In this document: piece after piece, positions 57,746 to 64,000 of the stretch
Layout of the letters: each line of letters begins with the position of its first letter
Numbering within the stretch: position 1 is the stretch's first letter
Assembly: GCA_951406725.2 (NCBI GenBank)
Contig: OX597831.1
Span: forward strand, 52,328,001-52,392,000
Direction: 5' to 3'
DNA: 64,000 nt
Source of the DNA: Octopus vulgaris
Lineage: Eukaryota
Notes under the pieces: model-generated
What the model was told of the DNA's origin: nothing
Databases searched by the model: none
What the model saw: only the letters and a program-made list of their open reading frames with translations
Program-made: the position numbers and the translations under genes

Positions 57746-58785
57746 TCTTTATATATATAAAACTGAGAATGTGTGTGTGTCTGTCTGTCTGTCTGTGTGT
57801 GTGTTTCCCTAAAACTTGAGAACTACACAACCAATTTCATTCAAATTTTACACATGCCTTACTTAGGGTCCATGTAGTTTCATGGGCAAAAAAAATGTTA
57901 AACTTCTTGCCTAGAGCGAGCCCATAGCAATATCATATCCTCTCCACTATTTCAGTATTACGTGTTAAGAGTGAAACAAAAACATTTCTCTATTTTATGT
58001 CAGATACTTTCACTTAACAATAAAAATGATAATAACAATTGAATTATATGTAGTAAGTAATAATTAAAATCAAACTAAAGTATAATATAATCGTAACATA
58101 ACAAAAGTAAAAATAGCAATTGGTATAAAATTGCATCAATGACTTGAACTTGAATAAGTGGTTTCACATGATTGGGAATAAATTAAAAATAAAATTAGCG
58201 TGCAGAAATGGAATAGTCCAGATGGATAATAAAAAATTAAATTAAAGAAAAGACTATTGTCTATAAAGTATACAATGTAGAGAAAAAAGAAGATTTGAAC
58301 ACATGGAGGAAAGCACCTTCGAAAAGTTTCTTGGTGCGACTATGAAAGATATCTGATCAGAGGCGTTAAATTCGCCACAATAGAAGCAAGGTTCGAGTCA
58401 ACGGAGCGTGCAAGGGAGTACTCGCTCGACTCGAACTTGCATAGTGGAAGTATTTTATTTTGACTTTTATATCTGGGACGTAGAACGTCCGTCCCGGAAA
58501 AAAATTCAAAATGCACGCCCCGCCCCCCGAAGTAGAGGTAGGCTGGATTGTAGCCACACTTCTATACAAGAGGGAGGACAAGATCTAATTGATCGAAATT
58601 ACAAGAGACGGGCTAACAATTCCAGTCTGTTATATATTTTGAGTATTGTTATCACTAGCGATATCAAGATATAACTTTGTATTTTGTATTTTATGTGTAG
58701 ATGTACATGTAATATGTACACATATATATACACATATATACATGCGCCAGCACTATGACCCGGCAACGACGGGTCTTTAATGCTA

Positions 58786-58786
<1 letters not shown>
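57746..58786 (+). mobile_element. Complete non-autonomous Helitron
   Basis: 5' TC at 57746, 3' hairpin gacccggcaacgacgggtc then CTAG at 58783-58786, inserted between A and T in (TA)n, no TSD. Confidence 0.92.
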
Positions 58787-58822
<36 letters not shown>

Positions 58823-58824
58823 TT

Positions 58825-58877
<53 letters not shown>

Positions 58878-59039
58878 ATAGATACGTACATATATACGTA
58901 CATACAAAAGTACATACGTACGTACATACATACATGCATACATACATGCATACATACATACATACATACATACATACATACATACATACATACATACATA
59001 CATACATACATACATACATACATACATACATACATACCA

Positions 59040-59743
59040 CCCATATCACACACATCATAAACAGTTGTCCGAAAATGTCATCACGATGTTATCTACCATT
59101 GAGACATGATATTGTAGCAAGGACGCTGTAGAAGGAGATCCGTCGAAAGGATAACCTCAAGAACAAAGAAATAAGAATCCACAGTATGGTGAAAGCAACA
59201 GGCACTCATAATAAAAAGGAGTACTGGTGGAATGTACTAGTGAAAACCTTAATAAAGTGTAAACACAATAGACCTGATATAATGATTTTTTTGAACAGAG
59301 AAGAGAATCTGTGTACAGTTGCGGAATTCAGCTGCCCAACGGATGTTAACATCAAGTTGAAGACCAGTAAAAAGAGAATACCTGTGCTGAACTATTGAGA
59401 AATCTGCAGTTGCTCTATCTAGATTACAAGTTCAGGTGTATACCTGTAATTATTGGGGCTCTGGGATATGTTACACACTGCCTAAATACCAATCTTGAGG
59501 AATTTGGCTTCTCAAAACCAGAAAAGAGAAAGCTGACTCGAAGAATACAGATCCAAGCCATCACTGGAACTGTAAAAATCTGTAAAACTTTCCAGAAGTT
59601 TATCATTTAAATATATATATATATATAAGCATATCTAGATATGCATGAGAACACACACATAAAACAAAACATACAAATCTGCACGTTTGCATACATACAT
59701 ACATACATACATACATACATACATACATACATACATACATACA

Positions 59744-59777
<34 letters not shown>

Positions 59778-59895
59778 CAAACATACAAAAATACGCTGTT
59801 GTTGATGTTGAAATTCCAATGAAGGAGCCATGGATCTAGGTTAGAAACCGACACTTTCTCTATTGGCAATAAATCTTGAAATAAAACTGAATAAA
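59040..59895 (+). mobile_element. R4/Dong-like retrotransposon 3' part (CCHC, PD..D RLE, 3' UTR)
   Basis: THIINSCP..YLPLRHDIVA, WWNV..KHNRPDIMI..EFSCPTDVN, IPVIIGALGYV...GTVKICKTF*. Starts in (CATA)n. Confidence 0.92.
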
Positions 59896-60148
59896 CCACA
59901 CAAATCAAAGGTTCTTGGTAAAAAAGTAAAAGTGGAAATAGCACGGAAATGTTTAAAGATTCTTTTTACTCAACTTCTTTAATTGGACAGGATAAGTATT
60001 TTTATATTTGTTGCATTAAGCGAGTTTTATAGCATATTACCCGGTTTCAATGTGTATCTTATCAAATATCAAAAATTCAAAGTCGATAATTAGGAAATAA
60101 AAATTAAGAATTAAAATAGTTTATTCTCATAATTTGTGTATTGCTAAC

Positions 60149-60180
<32 letters not shown>

Positions 60181-60623
60181 ATATGTATGTATATCACATA
60201 TATATCTATAATGATAAATGCCAAAACGAATTTCTGTGTCAGTGTGACACACTTTGACCCCCTCTCTCCCTATTCAATGACACTTCTACTATTACTACTA
60301 TTACTTTTGCAGTCATAGAGACAGTGAGGGCAGTAGTAGATTGCCAGTTGTGATGGTAATAGGTTAATAGTAATAGTATGAATTGTAGTTGTGATAGAGG
60401 CAAAGGCGACAGTGATGATGGTGGTGGTCGTGGTGGTAGCCGAGGCGGTGAGAGATGACGGTGATAGTAAGTGATGTGAAAGACAGCGGTGATAATGGTG
60501 GAGGGGAATAATGCGGCGAAGTCAAATGTGTTGATGGTGGTGGCGTCAGAGGTCTGATTGCTGAGTGTATGGTAGTTGTGATGGCGATGGTAGTGGTACT
60601 GGTGATGGTTGAAAACTATCAAC

Positions 60624-60675
<52 letters not shown>

Positions 60676-61039
60676 AGAGAGAGAAATAGATAGACAGAGA
60701 AAGGAAGAGGTTACACAGAAAAAAAATTTGACTGTCCCATGCAGCTTTGCAATAAGTTCCAAGAGGCAAATTATATCATTGTTTTGATGAAAATTGTTTA
60801 TTGCTTGAAAAATATTAGTCAAGTTTAATAAAATTCAATATGTACTCAATGCATGAAGGGTCATTGTTGGGACCAAGACCCAATGAAGAACTCTTCACGG
60901 GAGCTGGCTTAAAAGTCGCCCAATAGGGTGGCTTTTAAGGTAGTATCGTATGTGTGTGTGTGTGTGTGTGTGTGTACACAATTTTCTGTGAGGCGTTTTA
61001 GAAGCTTTATAAAATATATATTCAAGAATCTACATATAT

Positions 61040-62150
61040 ACCCACGGGCACTAATTTCCATTCACAAAGATTGAGACATTACTAGGCCACGTAATAATAA
61101 CAAGACATTTATCCAAGAAGGCATCCAGTTGTGCTCGAACCCTGAACCTCGTGTTTGCTAATGCGAAAGGACGAACCACACAGCCAGCCATACAATTAGA
61201 CAATATTATGCCGTTAAAATCCAATGAAATTGTGAAGCTACTTGCATATCGCAAGTGATTTTCACTTTTTATCATTTCTACAGATTCTTTGACAACCGGA
61301 AGTCTATCATCTCCAAATAGAAATTATACAGTTGAGTGAATTTTACGATAAATTTCTGTTCCTTCAAAATATTCAATAAAACATTATGTGTGGCACTTAA
61401 ACACAATAGGTCATTACAAAAAGAATACTGGATGTTGTTACTTGTTGATTTTTTTTTTTTTAATAAACGTGCATTGATGTTGTAGAGTTGTTCTCCATTG
61501 CGATAATAGACTTAAATGAACCTTCAGTTTTGGGTTAAAATTTTATACTTCTAATCTCTGAAATACGGTAATAAGTTATTCCAGCTGATCTTTAGTTATA
61601 ATGTGTGTGATATGTGATAGCTAAAAGAAAAACCACGCAACTAAAGAATTCGTGCATGCATAAATTAGTTATGAATTTGTGCCTATGTAAATAGATTGCA
61701 ATACGATTTCTGATTGGTTGGTAACGATTAGTAATTTAAACGTTGCTGTTATCTACGCCATACTTAAATCATTCTTTTTCGTTTATTTGCTCCAGTCATT
61801 GGACTGCGGCCATACTGGAGGGAGCACTGCCATGAATGTTTTAGTCAAACAAATAGACTCCAGTACTTACTTTTAAAAGCTTTGTATATATATATTCTAT
61901 TAGTTTCTTTTGTCGAACGCTATACTACGGGAACATAAACAAACCAATAGGGTTGTCAATTGGGGGAGACAAATACACACACACAACACATACGAATGTC
62001 TTCCACACAGTTTCCATCTAGCAAATCCACACACGAGGAATCGGTCGATTCTAAAGAAGACACTTGCTCAAGTTAACACTCAGTGAAACTGAATCTGGAA
62101 CTGAACCTAGTTGTAAAGCGAGGTTTTCAACCACGCATCCATAACTGAGC
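61040..62150 (-). mobile_element. Degraded family A SINEs (61040-61195, 61775-62150)
   Basis: Family motifs. Confidence 0.7.
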
Positions 62151-62223
62151 ATGCATACATACATGCATGCATACATACATACATACATACATACATACAT
62201 ACATACATACATACATACATACA

Positions 62224-62256
<33 letters not shown>

Positions 62257-63250
62257 GGGCTGTGTGTGTTTGTGTGTGTGTGAGTGTGCATACATACATA
62301 CATATACATATATTTATTTATCTATATGTATGTAAATACCACGCTAATATCGAACAGGGAGAAGGAGTCCTCAATTCCGCATTGGGGGATAGATATTCTT
62401 TATTTGTGGCTTAACAAGGCAACCAATGGTTTCATGCGCAAGAGATATGAACAATTGTTCAAGCTCACCATATTGGAATCTTGGTATTCGTCTCCACAGA
62501 TAGTTATTTTCTCTCTCACTGTCTTTCTTTCTTTCTCTGTCTCCCTCTCTTCCCCCTCTCTCTTTTTATATATATGTGTGTGTGTGTATATCTATCTATA
62601 TATACATATATACATACATACATGCATATAGATAACATGAGAAGGAAAAGAGAGAGAGAGAGAGAGAGAGGGGGAGAGAAAGTGAGAGAGGGGGGAGAGA
62701 AAGTGAGAGAGAAGAAAGAGAAGAGGGTGAAGAGAAAAAGAAGCAGTAGATAAAATATCTGGTGCTACTTTTCTGGTTACTTATGTTTTGAGTTCAAATA
62801 CTGTCAAGGTTTTCTTTGCCCTTCATCCTTTTCAATTGAATAATAGTGACTACTTGTTATGTACGGGATCCATTTACTCGATTAACAATTTCCTTCAAAT
62901 TCCAAGCCTTGGGCCTATATTAAATATTATAAAGAACGGCAAGCTGGCAGAATAATTAAAGCGTTGTAAACACTTTTTGGTAATTGTTCCGGCTTTTTGC
63001 GTTTCGGGTTGAAGTCTTACCGCAGTTAAATTTGCACGTTATCATTTCGGCTTTGTTAAAAGGAAGTACTAGTCAAATACTTGAGTCGATAGCATCGACT
63101 AGCTTCCCCCACTTAAAATTGTTGACCTTCTTTGTCAATAAGAAAAACAAAGGCATTGAGCTTGTAGAATCCTTTGCAGAATTTGTTTTGGCTCAAGGTT
63201 CTACGTAAAATCTTGCTGAGGTGAATAAAATAAAAGTCCTAGTAAGCAAA

Positions 63251-63545
63251 AAGGCGGAGGCGCAATGGCCCAGTGGTTAGGGCAGTGGACTCGCAGTCGG
63301 AGGATCGTGGTTTCGATTCCCAGACCGGGCGTTGTGGGTGTTTATTGAGCGAAAACACCTAAAAGCTCCACGAGGCTCCGGTAGCGGGGGTAGCGACCCC
63401 TATTGTACTCTTTCGCCACAACTTTCTCTCACTCTCTCTTCCTGTTTCTTGAATAACGCTGGGGGAAACACATATGCCACAGAAACCGGGAAACCGGGCC
63501 CATGAGCCTGGCTAGGCTTGAAAAGGGCGCCGTTTATCGTTAAGC
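63251..63545 (+). mobile_element. SINE family C head with a different tail, TSD present
   Basis: ggaggcgcaatggcccagtggttagg head. TSD aaaagtcctagtaagcaaa at 63232-63250 and 63546-63564. Confidence 0.9.
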
Positions 63546-63605
63546 AAAAGTCCTAGTAAGCAAATCACCTCAATATTGCTGCTCCTATGCCAAAATTTGA
63601 AATCA

Positions 63606-63785
63606 AGGCGGTGAGTTGGCGGGATCGTTAGCATGCTGTACAAAATGCTTAGCGACATTTCTCCCGACTTTACGTTCGGAGTTCAAATTCCACCGACGTC
63701 GACTTTGCCTTTCATCATTTCAGGGTCGGTAAAAATAATCGACCCCAGTTGATCGCTAGGGTCAATTTAATCGACTCGCTCCTTT
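63606..63785 (+). mobile_element. SINE family B (more degraded copies at 62750-63230)
   Basis: ggcggtgagttggc..gttagc head and gactttgcctttcatc core. Confidence 0.85.
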
Positions 63786-64000
63786 GCTTGTGCGATGATG
63801 AAGGCTCTTAATGAGTTTTGTGTATTCAACAAAAACAAGAGAAAGGAGTCTCACTACCACATCCAACAGAACAGCCGCAACATTAGCAGCATGCAGCAGT
63901 AAATTTGTTGAAAACTGGATAAGAATAGCAAACTAAGTATGAAGGAATAGGCCTACTCAATAGGCAGCGAAACAGCGAATGAGAAAGGGAACTTGGTTGT

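Noticed and set aside
63850-64000. RTE APE endonuclease fragment
   Set aside because: Only a short G.YSIG..NEKG-like match at the window edge, which is insufficient.

Overview
AT-rich, extremely microsatellite-dense animal genomic DNA. The SINE families and repeat content point to a coleoid cephalopod, most likely Octopus (inference, no database search). It is probably intronic or intergenic. No intact host CDS is supported, and nearly all listed ORFs are translations of (TA)n/(CA)n/(CATA)n repeats. The non-repeat islands are mostly mobile DNA: several tRNA-derived SINE families, RTE and CR1-like LINE 3' ends, R4/Dong-type RLE fragments at (CATA)n tracts, Helitrons (one complete non-autonomous copy, one with a RepHel N-terminus), a mariner remnant, a gypsy-like LTR with PPT, and many Penelope-like element (PLE) pieces. 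The main signal is about 15-20 hammerhead ribozyme (HHR) motifs, mostly type I with palindromic (dimer-type) stem III. They sit in short elements inserted in (TA)n tracts, arranged as foldback palindromes or head-to-tail repeats. Some are tied to PLE GIY-YIG/RT remnants; others are non-coding 364-787 nt retrozyme-like units, one with a tRNA-like B box. The cores include compensatory 3-8 variants (C3-G8, U3-A8, A3-U8). All folds were paired by eye and activity is untested.
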